Shown here: piece by piece, positions 1 to 26,906 of the stretch
Position numbering within the stretch: the stretch's first letter is position 1
How the letters are laid out: every line of letters begins with the position of its first letter
NCBI GenBank assembly: GCA_009103225.1
Contig: RHPI01001819.1
Coordinates: forward strand, 124,001 to 188,000
Source of the DNA: Chlorokybus atmophyticus
Lineage: Eukaryota; Plantae; Mesostigma and Chlorokybus algae
DNA length: 64,000 bases
Direction of reading: 5' to 3'
Translations under genes and position numbers: made by a program
The notes under the pieces: generated by a model
Database searches by the model: none
The model's input: only the letters and a program-made list of their open reading frames with translations
Told to the model about the DNA's origin: nothing

Positions 1-208
1 GGGTTGCTGCTGGTGTCGTCCGTTGCTGCGCAGGTATCTACTAGCGAGAACTACTTTTTCGGCGGCACCATCAGCTGGAGGCGGGACGCGCGCCAAGGCG
101 CAAGACTATACGACGCCATTGTCACAGCCACGGTCGCCTACGAGCGTCTGTAAGCGTGTTTTTATGGCATAAAAACATACAGGCTTACATCATGTGTGCT
201 GTTCGTGT

Positions 209-210
<2 letters not shown>

Positions 211-246
<36 letters not shown>

Positions 247-247
247 G
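211..247. repeat. (GTT)n microsatellite in an intron
   Basis: Direct reading of the sequence. Confidence 0.95.
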
Positions 248-1023
248 ACACTTTGGTGCCACACCACAGCGCGTCCTGGTACCCCAACTATGCCTCCACC
301 CCCCCGACCCGGGGGGACGCCCTCACCATCTCCCCACTTTCGTCCGGCGACGTCGTGTTGAAGCCTCACCTTCTCGCACCCTGTGAGCGGTGTCTACGTC
401 ACCAACTTCACCTCCCCTTTGACTTTCACCGTTATCGCCTACGACCTCCAAGCGTACGCCTTCCCTATACAATACGCGCAGGTGCGTGATGTGTGGGCCT
501 GCTGACGATGTGCGTGATGCGGGAGCACACCCAAGAGAGAGAGAAACCTTAACTTGTGCTGTGTGTTGAGCAGTCAACTGTGAAGTACAGCTTCCCAAGC
601 GTAGGCCCGTACCTGGCGGATAACGTAAGCTGATGCTAATAATGATGCGGGTCAAACCAGTCAGTCACAATGCCAGTCACTGACCCACAGGGCCTTGCGC
701 TTGTTGTTGTAATATCACAGTGCTGTTGTGTCGCACGCTGCGTCCACTCTATGTCCCACATGGATGCATGATGACGCTGCATCCCTCCACTTGACATGAA
801 TGCGCACACGCAGTTTGTGGATTGCTGACGGGGGAGTTTCGTGGCCAACCGTCAGGCATCGGGCAAGGTGCTGCTGCTTTCCATCCTTAACTTCCAATTC
901 AGCAATAATAGCTCCGTCAACCTCGACGCATACTTTTTTAACCAGCTACAGGAGCCCACTACCACGGGGGGCAAAGCGGTGGGTGCTTGCACGCAATGTC
1001 CTTGCACATGCACAGCACTCCCT

Positions 1024-1231
<208 letters not shown>

Positions 1232-1553
1232 CNCCACCAACACCACCATCTCCTCCGCCTCCACCCAAGCCAGCATCACCGCCACCACCACCGCCAGCTC
1301 TCAACTTGGTGTCCACAAACATCGCCGCAATGATGCCGGCGGGCACAACTATGTACACCGCCAGCAACAGCGTGTGGCAAATAGCCAACTATGCCTACGG
1401 TATGTGTGTTAGATGAACGCAGTTGAATGTGGGTGGTGGGTATGCTGCGGTGCGGAAGCCATGCTGCGCAGCATGGCTGACATGTTGTAACGTGTGACCG
1501 CAGACATTGGGGGGAAACAACAAGACTCCTTTTAATACGTGTTACACCGGTGG

Positions 1554-3043
1554 AAATGGGTTTTGGTAAGTCAGGCTAGATCCTTAACTTTATCAGAGAT
1601 TTAGTGCAAAATTTGTTAGGGATTCGCAAGATCCCCAATTAATACATAGCTAGATCCCTATATAAGTTAACCTGTCACAAGCGGCCATCGACCGGTCACT
1701 TAATTTGTACCAGATCTCCAACAATGTTGAGAACCGCGCTTTACAATTGTTAACAACCACGATTGTGACCAAAACCTGTACGAATGTTTATCAAAATATT
1801 GACCACTTCCCTAACGCCATTGGGGACACGGTGGTACATTACAACGCATTTAGGTGAAGACAATGGCCGATACGAATCATTGTTGCGACCATGATTAGTT
1901 TCATCATTGATGCATGGATCAAGCAGTTATAAAGTTGTAACGTCGGTCGCTACACCGCACTATTGCCCCCCCCCCCCCCCTGCATTACTTGCNACCAGAT
2001 CATCAAAATATCGCCGGTCCAAGCTTGCCTGTGGATACTTAAGTACCTACAGGCGTGCCCGCGGCCTACCTGGTACTTGCCTTAAGGATGACGACGCAGC
2101 ATACTATGACCAATGGTCATTGACCACTCTATCAATTAATAACGCACCGGCGCAACTTGCCGATGGTAGGTGACATAGGGAGTTTATGGCAACAGCCTGC
2201 CTTATAATCAACGCTGGAATTGGATGCTTGGCGTCGCTAACCCCGGTTGAAGTCCCCACCCGCAGACCAACAACTTATGTTAGAACACCTACCGGTGCTC
2301 AGTTGTTTGATAATAATAGGCTATTAATCGAGGTGTCTACAGTATTTCGTAATGTACACATGCAATAATTTTCTTTAGCATTAAGTATACATAATATAAT
2401 TAACAACTTCAAAAACCTGTCAAAATTGTTTACCGGTATAGTGTAGTGCTGTTGTATGCAACCATGGTGCATGTGTCGCGGGACACATGTTGTTCATTGC
2501 GTAAAAGTGAATGCAATAAACGTGGCACGTGGAACAATTGATGGAGCAAGTATATAGACGACATTCTTAGCAAATACTTCGCACCTAGTTTTGTGTCGTC
2601 GTAGTCTAGCCAGTAAGTGCTAAGGTCGTTAGGTTGATACTTACGAACCCGACAGACTCGCCCGTGCTGATTTAAAACCCAGCAATGGAGACGCAAAATG
2701 CCCGGTGTTGCGACGTTTCGGCCTTTTACCGCAAACTGCGGCCATAACATTCTGGTTAGATCACGCATTAAGATTAATCCCCTTCATACATGATCTAACC
2801 AAAAATTAGTATAGGATGTGGCAATTAATAAATCCAAAAAGCGACGGATACGGAAACTAATGCACACAAACTACTTGACCTTAATGGCAGCTGGATACCA
2901 AACCAAGTTTTGGCTGCAGCAGGAAAAAGTGCAAAAATTGATACATTGCTTGCATATGGATCCCTAAGTAAATTATAGCTGGATCTTCATACAAATTGTG
3001 GGCAAGACCGAAGGAAATGGCCCCCCAGTTGGGGGGCCATTTT
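1554..3043. mobile_element. Non-autonomous DNA-transposon-like insertion inside an exon, flanked by an 8-9-bp direct repeat
   Basis: CACCGGTGG occurs at 1545-1553 and 3044-3052. Removing the insert and one copy restores the open frame TGT TAC ACC GGT GGT ACC GCG GAG. The ends AAATGG/CCATTT are short inverted repeats, the interior is AT-richer than the host exons, and subterminal CTAGATCC/TGGATCC-like motifs recur. No intact transposase. Confidence 0.8.
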
Positions 3044-3523
3044 CACCGGTGGTACCGCGGAGACGTTCGCCGGCGGCGTGACCATCACCGCGAGAGTCTT
3101 AACGCATTTCCCCAACATGAAGGCAGCACTCGTGCTGCGCTCCAACCTCACACCTAAATGCAACACTACTTCTTTAAAAGTAGTGTTGCATTTATACGTA
3201 ACAGCAACTTGCTGAATGGTTGGCCTCTAGTGTACACATATCTTGTTGAGCAGGTTCCCCGGCAAATGCAGTCGTAGCTGAAAAGATGCATCAATCCGCT
3301 ACAACCATCTTTGTGTGTGGTTTGCAGCAAGTGTTGATTGATTGAGACACTAATAGTTGATACTGACGACACACTGTTGCAGGAGTGTGCGGCACAACCC
3401 TGCAATAGTATCAGGCAGCACAAAACGTAATACGGTAGTTTTCACCTTGCCACCACGCGGTCCACCCAGCCACTCTGCTAGTGTGGATGAAAATCTCCTG
3501 CAACGGCAACACCATCTCTCCCT

Positions 3524-3527
<4 letters not shown>

Positions 3528-3573
<46 letters not shown>

Positions 3574-3598
3574 NTCTCTCTCTCTCTCTCTCTCTCTC
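3528..3598. repeat. (CT)n microsatellite containing an N
   Basis: Direct reading; begins at a probable GT donor (ccctcag|gtctct). Confidence 0.95.
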
Positions 3599-4588
3599 CC
3601 CCAATGGCGTGTCCTGGACTGTCATCAACTCCTTCACGCCAGCATCTAGTGCACCCTTGCGCTCCGGCTCTGTCTATGCTGGATTGGAGGCGTGTGTTCC
3701 GTGACATACAGCCAACGTTGCTCGCCAGCACTAGCACTGGCCACATTTTTACGTCTCTGTGCAGTAGAGCGTACACGCCAAGGACATCTTTATATTGTGT
3801 TCTCAAATCTCATCAGCACATGCATTGGTTGTAGTCGTTACCGACGGCGTGTAGCGTACGGTAGGGTTTCCTATATTCCCAGTGCTGCTCAGCATTTGTG
3901 TACAGTTGTGCAAAAGAACTTTCGTGTACAGGGCTTGCGTAGTGCCGTTGCTTAAGCTTGTGACTGATACAAGTCTATGTTGCTGCGAGTACAGCCATGG
4001 TGAGTTTCCATACCACTGCGATTGTCACTTTGAAAGACAAGCAACAAGATGAGTTAATACAAATTGATGGGCGGTAAGTAAACGAGTAAGCAATTGGTGT
4101 GACAATGCTATATCATTAATCTCGTTGCTCTCCTGCTCGTTAGGCCTCTGGCAAACACACGAATTGCATCAGCTAGCATGAACCGCTTATGGTCACGCTC
4201 CTTAAGCATGTGACATGGGCAGGTACCTTTGCACATGCCAAGTGCACAGTGTGCGCACACAAATGCACACATATATGCGTGCATGTCAACATGTGCACGC
4301 ACCACGCGCGCTCACAATAAGCACCAACTTTGCCGTCGCATTCCTTAGGCGATATGAAACGTTGTCAGGTACAAGGTGTTCTTGCCTGGTCTAGACCACC
4401 GTCTGTGCTTGACTGCTTCGCTCAGACATCACAACCTACCGAAATGTAGACAGATATTGAGTCGGTCACCTACTATTGACGGGGCACTTGCCTTTATCGA
4501 TGTGGACTACGCTCTGTGCCGACACACCTTTTGTGGGGATGGGTATAATGAACCCCTTCTACTAGAACCCTTAGTAAGGGTTGTTCGG

Positions 4589-4590
<2 letters not shown>

Positions 4591-4644
<54 letters not shown>

Positions 4645-4645
4645 C

Positions 4646-4743
<98 letters not shown>
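4591..4743. repeat. (CT)n microsatellite followed by an N
   Basis: Direct reading. Confidence 0.95.
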
Positions 4744-5974
4744 NTGTTGCGCACACGTGCATGTGTCTATGAGTGAGCGCAAGCGCGCATGTACGCATGC
4801 ACACGCGCGTCTCTTGTCTCTGCTCAACCAACCTCCGGACGGCATATCCCCTTTCGGAGCTTTCTTTCTCCCACTATGTTGACATGACAAACAAGGTCAT
4901 CAGCGCTAAGCTCTCCTTCCACCTCGCCGACCAGTGGCTGATGAAACACTCTGCTCCACCCGCAACACCGCATACTGTATAGGTAATGCCACGCAAAGTA
5001 TGACAACTTCGGTAATGCCATATACCGCAGATCTGCAAAATCTTTTAAATTCTTCTTTGTGTCAACTCCGGTTGGCCGCTTTACAAAACTTTCACGAGGT
5101 ATATGTAAGCGAAACTTATGCTAATGAATGGTTGATGATAAAAATGTATAGGCTGGTGGTTTTTACGAAATAAACACCAACCTTCTTGCCGCTATTTGTT
5201 ATAAGAATTCTGCGGCATTCCGCTACATACGATGTACCGGACTAGCGCTCCATTGTATAGTCAACTCTCGCTAGGAGTATATCATGCATCCTGCGTCATC
5301 TTATGCTTTTAGTGAGGTTATGCAATTGACGCTAAAACATGGTATGCTCTTAGACGTCAAGAGCATAAATGTACTATTGACGAGGGTTTCTCATCCCATC
5401 ATGCATAACACGTCACGCTCGTCTCGAAGTGCCCATCATGTCTATTAGCTTACCCGTCACCGCCCCCTTATCACGCTTGTCACTTTGCCCATTATACGCG
5501 ACACCACTCTTACCAACATATCCCCTATTGGCATTGATAACATTTACATGAACAATAAAATGCTTCCCTGTTACTCATATTCTTTTTAAGTGCGATTTTG
5601 CCTTTGAGACGTTTGGTAATCTCATGTTCTATGCTGTAAGCGGGGTTATGCTCTTGAAATGAAGTCTTTTAGCGGGGGTAGATTGTTGTGACCATGGGTC
5701 CTTACATAAAAAGCACGAATCGACCTCCTACATGTGTGGTCCATATATCGAGCGTATACTGTGTATGTCGACGACTGAACACGTGAGCGTTGCCAGTCGA
5801 TGGCACTCATCTAGGTCCTAAACAACTGCGCATGATGAGTGCGCAAGTCAGAACGCCATCTATTCGCTCGCCGGTGCCCGTAAGAACGAAGTGCACAACT
5901 GCCAACAGAGCAACCCTAAGAGGCACTGCCTAGCAGGTAGGTAGGCCTTATGTAACTCAATTGTGGCGTTTCTT

Positions 5975-6215
5975 TTTGGGCTGCGACTCGCCTGCGAGCT
6001 GCTGCAGCAGGCTTGCTGCTGCTGCTGGCGGGGGCGGCGGCGGTGGTGGTGGCGGCAGCGGAGGGTAGTGTTGTGTGGAATGATGGCAAGGTGGAGGCTA
6101 CTGGAGCCCACCCGCGCCAGGTGGGCCCCGCCGTTATGCGGGGAGTGCGGAGGAGGAGGAGGATGATGTTGATGATGTTGTTGATGTTGATGATGCGCAG
6201 CTGAGATCATGCTGC
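5975..6215 (-). other. Low-complexity His/Gln/Pro/Ala coding-like segment, possible exon of an unresolved gene
   Basis: One minus frame reads MISAAHHQHQQHHQHHPPPPPHSP..; another ends AAAASLLQQLAGESQPKKKRHN*. No further exons could be linked. Confidence 0.25.
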
Positions 6216-6686
6216 TGCTGTCCTTTGTGAAAGGGCACTGTTGTTGCTCTAACAACCACCCTCACCACCCTTATCATCACCACCACCTATGGGCGGATGC
6301 GTGCACAGCAAGCACCTCGTGTCGCACTCACCAGGTGTGTGCAGCCATCCCACGTTGGTTGTTCGTCAAGCTTTGAACTGCAGCGTGACTTTACACACAA
6401 CTGGCATCGAGAGACAGACAGCTAAGCCTCCAGTTACGCTAGTCATAATGTCATGCAAACGGAGGGACAGATCAGCTGTTTCTTAGCACAACGGTTGTGC
6501 ATTCGAAGTACAGATAGACGCCAAGCAAGGTGCATTCAGGGAATCCGGTGTAGGGCTGATTCAGGCGCACAGTTGATGGTTGAGAATTAAGTAATCACTA
6601 AAACAAGCTTTTCTGCCTGTGTACTGGCTCGTTTGATAACGAGAACACCTTTTTGTCAGATGTGCTGTCAAGAATGCTGGCTATGA

Positions 6687-20420
<13,734 letters not shown>

Positions 20421-22191
20421 GCGCCTCTCTCCGCTTTGCTGGTAACAACATGACACGGCTGATACAATTGCTACTTCTACTCGCAAGGGACCCCGCAAAT
20501 TGGGTAAGGGTCATGCAATAACAACCCTAAGCATGCAAGAAGTGTTGCAATGACCATTGGCTTACATGCAAACGCATGTTGTGACATGTCATCTATATGC
20601 TCTGCTAAGAGGTTAAGTCAACACCACTATGCAGGCATGCCTCAAGCGGGGTTTGCTGCGATGCGCATGTGACTCGACCAACGCAATCTAAGAGTGGCAT
20701 TGTTGGGTGAGTACAGTAGGTTTGAAACCACATCATACCTGTTGTGTGATGAGGTGAGCTTCAAGCTCAATGCAAAGCGAGTAACAAGTGCTCGTGTTGG
20801 TACGTGCAGGTGCTTTCCTTCATTCTTCCTGAAATCCACAATTTGCAAGACCACAATGCGTGCGTGCAAGGGTTGCACTGGTGACATTCACAATAATCTG
20901 TAGCTTTCAGTAACTTCTGGGACGTGGTTTTCAATTGGATTTTGACTGTGTGGCCCTACAATTGGTTAAGGGGTATTTTTTTGTGGTTGTGAGAATGTAA
21001 GTAACTAAGGGTCTGTATAGTAAAGTCAGTGTACTTCACAGTGTATTGATTATAATTAGACTTGTGCTAGAGGGTACTGCAACAACCATATAGGTTTGCT
21101 AGCCTGTATTGCATAGTGCCACGAACTATCCGCCATTATTTCTGAAGATATGATTTATCTTTTAGCACAACGTCGTAAAACTGTAGATTGCTGCGAGTAG
21201 GCTAATAATCAAAGCGCCTTCAATGGTGCCTTCACATTGTATAGAATTACCCGCCAAGCAGGGGGATTTCAGCACTTGTTACCTCAATCTGTATGTCATA
21301 ATGATGGATGGTCTGCGGCGCTATGGCGTTGCTGGCATGGCGGGTTTATCTACATAGTTAGTTTGAAACCATACACCTACGATACGATCATCACAACAAC
21401 TGCGCCACCACACTAACGGGGGGGGTTGTAGTAGAAGGTAGACTTAGCCCGGTGGTTGTACATGCATGTGTGTGCAATTGAATATGTGATGGGGTTGTGG
21501 CTTTGGAGGGGTTGGCTATGGAGACTGATGTGTGTGCGGTCCTGGTTCACCATGGATGGCAGTAAACGTTGGCATTACACAGGAGGTGCGTGAGATTGAT
21601 TGCATGTGATGCATGGCGTTGAAATGCATGCCTACAACATTGTCGCATTTATCCTGTATATAGCATAGCACAACATGCTTAGGGGTTGAGCCAGCTCAAT
21701 GGCTTGGTACACGCATTGTATTGCACCAACATTGGCACTCCTTTGTGATCTTATGTGATGTATGGTCTGAACATGCATGCTGTTACCAGCCTCTTGCCTA
21801 TTTGGTACAACTGCATGCATTTAATAAAACTCATGTCATGTATAAACAGCTAAGAACTTCGAGTCAAAGCTTGCACTGCTTACTACAGTCATTGCAGTGT
21901 GTATACACTACGCAAAACAGTTGCATGTACAAGCAAGTGAGTGGCCTACCCAGCCAATGGCACTGCACAACAGGCAACAAGAGTTAATGTTGGAGCTCTC
22001 ACTTGCATTACATGGTCAACGGATCCCTACCTCTACTCCACCTGCTTACAATTTATGGACACTAATCAATGAGCTACCTAACCCTTCCAGGCCAGATATC
22101 TAGCCAGCTTACAATGCACATATGGTCATGCCGGTCACGCAGTACCAACAAGCCAAAACTGACCCAGCCATATGCTATATGTTGTTGCTTC

Positions 22192-23594
22192 CTAGCTATC
22201 CGCCAAGGGAGCAGCGCAGCCCGCACACGCTCCCGCCGATGGCTTGGCCTCCATTCGCATGATAACTCGCCACCAATAAGTACCTGTTCTGGACTGTGGG
22301 AATGCCCCTGAAGTTCACCTGATCAAGAAGAGATGGGTCAATACAACAACTCCGAGCACAGTACCACTATATGTCTCGCTGATGTCTGTTGCTTTGAAGG
22401 TGTATGTGCCTCACCGTAAATGTCTTGGTTTGGTAGGTGTTGCTGTACCAGCCGTCAAGCCACAAGAAGTAATTCCTGCCTCTATAGTTATATGCCTTTG
22501 CGACGGATCTGCCCCACGGGCCCGTGTACCTCGTCACCCTCGCGCATGGCGAGTACGAGGGCAACTGCACAAAACACATACGATGAGAAACCACGCTTGC
22601 ACTACCTCACCCAGACCACACAAGTAAGACGGCAGCGCTCACCTCAATGCCAAAGTACTTTATGCTTCTAGCTGTAATAGTGTACCTGAGTGTGGCAACA
22701 ACAGATCGCTCAGCAGATGCGCAGCTTTCAGCAACAACACACAGCTGGTTGGAGAAGTGCAATGTGATGACACAACGCGCAGCAGAGACGCGAGTAAGCA
22801 CTCACGTGAACTGTGACTCAGGGTAGAAGTAGCGTACGCCATCTGGGAGTATCTGCTTGACACTGAGGGATATGGTGACGCCCTGACGGGACCAGCTCGA
22901 TGGGCAGTTGAAGCGCCCGATGCCGATGGTGATGATGAGGTTGGTTGCCACATTGGGAGGGCCAGTAGTACTGGTGGCACTGCTTGTGGTGGTGGTTGTT
23001 GTCTTGTTGACTGGTTTGCTGGTGGCTGCCACACTCTTGGCAGGAAAATCCTTAGGGTAATTGGCCGCTGGCTTGGCACCTCGCGGGACGACTCCCTCAA
23101 CTCTTCGAACCTATGCAGGACATACTGCGTTACAGTTCAACCACCCAACACGACTCTGCTGATCAAACCAAGCTTGTACAAATGCACGCAGCGTGACAAG
23201 CAGCCCTGACTCTCGAGCGAAAACTGCAAGCAACGCTTTCTCCGCCCAAATGGTAGGAAGCAAGCAGCTCCATGATGCTGCAACGATGCACAAGCTGCTA
23301 AGAACAGGTGACATGCAAGTAGGGAGACATGCCAACACACAGCCAGGAGCCTGAAATGCCTCTCCAGGGTTGTCCCAAACTTGCACAGCTGTCACGTCAT
23401 ACGGAACCCACCTTTGGGGGGGACTTAGGCTTGGGGGCGGCGGCAGCCTTGTGCTTTGCGTTGGTCGCGGGCTTGGCCTCAACGCCAGCGGCGGCGGCGG
23501 CAACCAAGATGATGACCAGGAGGAGCCCGAGCGCTAGCCGCAGGGCGGATCTACGGGAGAAAGACCCGCTCATAGCCGTTCTTCGCATACCCAT
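22192..23594 (-). CDS. Uncharacterised secreted or membrane-anchored protein, about six exons
   Basis: N-terminal hydrophobic segment LALGLLLVIILVAAAAAGVEA followed by a Lys/Pro-rich stretch. Exons include a Thr-rich linker, GIGRFNCPSSWSRQGVTISL, LPSYSPCARVTRYTGPW..FLWLDGW, WYCARSCCIDPSLLDQ and SRTGTYWWRV..PLADS* (TAG 22192-22194). Some exon phases unresolved. Confidence 0.65.
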
Positions 23595-26117
23595 CCGGCG
23601 GCAACACCAGTTGACATGCTACGCCCGCGGCAGCCGCAGAGCACACACCATGAAACACCCCTTCCGCCCACAGCAACGACAACAATCACGCCTTACCCCT
23701 CGCAAACAAAGCCGCCGATGCCGCCAACGACGCCGCTACCTCCGCCCTCTGCCGTGGACTCTGGTCCGTACAAGGGTACTGTCGTCCTTCATAGCGCGCC
23801 ATGCATGGCAGGCCAACCAGGGATATCATCACGAGGGGACGATGATTGCTAGCCTGACGACGCAGCGGTGCGGCCCAATCACTACCTGGGCAATCATTTG
23901 TGTTGTGCTGCAGCGCTGGCCGTGCGATTGCAACAATCGATGCAGTAAAGTGGACCTCACTCGCAATAGGCGTGGACGCCGTCAGATCGCCTCGCATGCA
24001 ATCTCGTGCTGCACTGTCGCGGAGCTGTGCGTTCATGCTTATTTCTAAGGAATCCCTTTCAACCTCTGCATTGCACGCGTTGGCGCCTATGTGGGGCTCA
24101 CGTGTTCAACGTTGCGTCGATTAATGAGGATTCACTCGGGGCGGGGATTGACGGCTTAGGCCTACGGAGGAATCCTCACTGAGGATCCAAATGCTCATAA
24201 AACAGGGTGTACCATGCTTCAACATCTGATCCCACCCAACGTGTACCATAACATGGTTGGTAGATGTATGACGGTAGACTACCGTCGGTAGTAGTTCGCA
24301 TCAATGTGTCCGCAATTCACAATGTGTGGGACTCACGATCTTTGTTGTGAGCATAAACGCAAGACGTCATTGATTATAATAGCTATTCATGGATGCTATC
24401 CTCATCTGCATGCTTAACGTGTTGGCATGTATGCATGTTAATTTGTAAATCCATAAACATAAATGTACATAACATTATGTATAAACATATCAGTGCATAT
24501 ATGATAAGCCGCATCACGCATTGGTATTTACGTTTGTTAAAACTTGTATGGTGCGTGTTGCAGACACTGATACATGCATGTCACTTAATGATCTGATATA
24601 ACTAACTTTTTGCTCATGTTGTTGCACGTTTCTCGCATACTCTGCACATCTTGTTTTGTCAGATGATATGCTTGCGCAACACATTATAAGTAAAATCACA
24701 TGTTACAATAGTAACAACGGCATTAATATATCATTGTGTCAAATGATGTGCAATACGAAGAATGTCACATTACATGATACGGCAACAACCCTTTCCAATG
24801 TGGTAATTCATCCCGTTTAGCAAGTGATATGTAATCCTACATTTACATATTTATACATGTTGCAAATTTTCGCCACAAGTATATACGATATGGATTATGA
24901 CTGGCTCCATCCGAATTCTGCTTCTTACATTAGCAAACTGTTATTAAACAATGCATGCATGCGCACTTCGTTTATGCCAAGTGGTGAGAGTATGCGTCAT
25001 GCTCACATCATGCTGACACGTCATGCTCACCGCACATTCAACATTAATATTTTTATTTACTTTGCATCGTGGCATGCTACTAATCCATACTATACTATAG
25101 AGTTTGCTTTACGCAACTCTTGTGTGTTATACATATTATGCATTGTTACGCATGCAGATGACACGCTCCCCTCTCCTTCACCCAAAACGGTGTAATTGGT
25201 TGAGGTGTATGATAATAAACCCCTCGGGTATGATGCTGTAGGGGGCTGGGGGGCACAACAGAATGCGTTAAACCGTTCATGAAAGTCGTAGCAGCCTGCG
25301 AAGTGTAAATGATCGCACGCATTCTGTGCCGTCAGATCTGTTTCGACTTACGTAATGACTTACATAATGAGTCCAATACATTGCGCGCCATCCTGAAGGC
25401 GCGCATTGTGGCTGCTTCTGCCGCAACCGACGCCTCAACGACCGTTACTCCGGAGCGCAGCAGCACGTTTTTTGGTGGAGGAGCTCACGTCGGCGACGTC
25501 GCGTTGAATGTGCGACCTGCGACGCGATCCGCGGCTGGATCCTGGAATCACCGTTATTCGATTTTGTTGCGGATTACCAGCAACCTGCGCTGATGATGAG
25601 GGGTCCATGTGCACTGGCTGCGTTTCTCGTGTAGCGCTCGGTCACTGGCGACGCTTTCGTGTCATGCTTAAGCAATCGCACTGGCTCCCGGTGGCTTTAT
25701 ATAAGAGCCAATGTGGCTCAATTTCATGTAAGTTACCTAGTGGCTCGGATAAACGATGATGTACCCCTTTACAAGCCGCCGTTTGCACAATTTACCATTT
25801 GTAGATTAACGGCTTTGAATTGGTGTTATTATGAAGTCATAAGCCATATGAATAGGTATGCAAGCTGTCTTATCAAGTTCACTTAATGCTACACATGCTG
25901 AATATCAATAAGCCTTGTTGCAACAGTTACCGTATGGCTTATAATACATCCGCGCGTCACATTATAGTGGTACGCCCGCACACATACAAATATACTTTTT
26001 TAAACCATGCGGTTATTGATGTTGTAGCATATGAAGTTGCTTTAACATACGGCGACATATTGCCTTATACAATAGGCAATATGTCGAATCTTCTACCGCC
26101 GACAAGGGGTTAGGAAC

Positions 26118-26127
<10 letters not shown>

Positions 26128-26147
<20 letters not shown>
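26128..26147. repeat. (AT)n microsatellite
   Basis: Direct reading. Confidence 0.9.
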
Positions 26148-26152
<5 letters not shown>

Positions 26153-26310
26153 TACAAGCGCGGGGCCCCCGGGAATTCTGGGAATGTGCATGCTGCACTG
26201 CACACATCCATGCATGTCTGCATCATCATAACACGATTCGTTAATTGTTGTCAGTAGGCTTGCCACCATCATCAGTGGTGTGGCAGCCAAGACAAGCAAG
26301 CGCGCTGGCG

Positions 26311-26352
<42 letters not shown>

Positions 26353-26490
26353 CGCGCGCGCATACTTGCGTGTGTATGCGCTTGTATGCACATGCTGTAA
26401 CAGCACCACCATCGCCGGTGATGCCCCTTCAATCGTCTACCCCAACACCCACACCGCCTATGACAAGCCTTTCAGCGGCGTGGCCGCCAC

Positions 26491-26906
26491 TGAGCAGAAC
26501 TGAAAGTGAGGTCACATCAATTTAATGTGACCTATTATACCAAGAGTATATTAAATATACACCTCTCAATAATTAACTCAAAATTAGACATTGACCCTTC
26601 AGGCAGAGTACAAATGAAATCTAGCGTGAGCCAATCACAGCTCTGATAAGGTACCTATCGAAAGATACCTATCGTAAGGTACTCAACGAAATGGTGATCA
26701 CATTTTATCAAATGTGACTATAAATAGCCTTGAATAAGCGGTTCGACACCCATTGGGACTTATTTAAGCTATGATAAAGCATCATAGCCCTTGATAAGCG
26801 AGGAATCGTAAAAAAGAGGTATGAATAAGCATATTTGGATACCTATTCGTACAGAATGTGTTATTTAGGTAGCAATAATACCCCTATTATTATTGCTCCC
26901 GTTACA
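26491..26906 (-). repeat. 3' LTR of the chromovirus (left boundary may extend to 26461)
   Basis: TG..CA termini, adjacent PPT, clear similarity to 28861-29290 with scattered substitutions and indels. Confidence 0.85.

Noticed and set aside
1545-3051. Reading the insertion as a CACTA-like element with 15-bp TIRs CACCGGTG(G/A)AAATGG
   Set aside because: This parse leaves no target duplication and creates a TAG in the host exon, whereas the 8-9-bp duplication parse restores an open frame.
23329-24048. 239-aa plus-strand ORF
   Set aside because: It overlaps exon 1 of the minus-strand secreted protein gene, has Arg-rich shadow composition and no recognisable motif.
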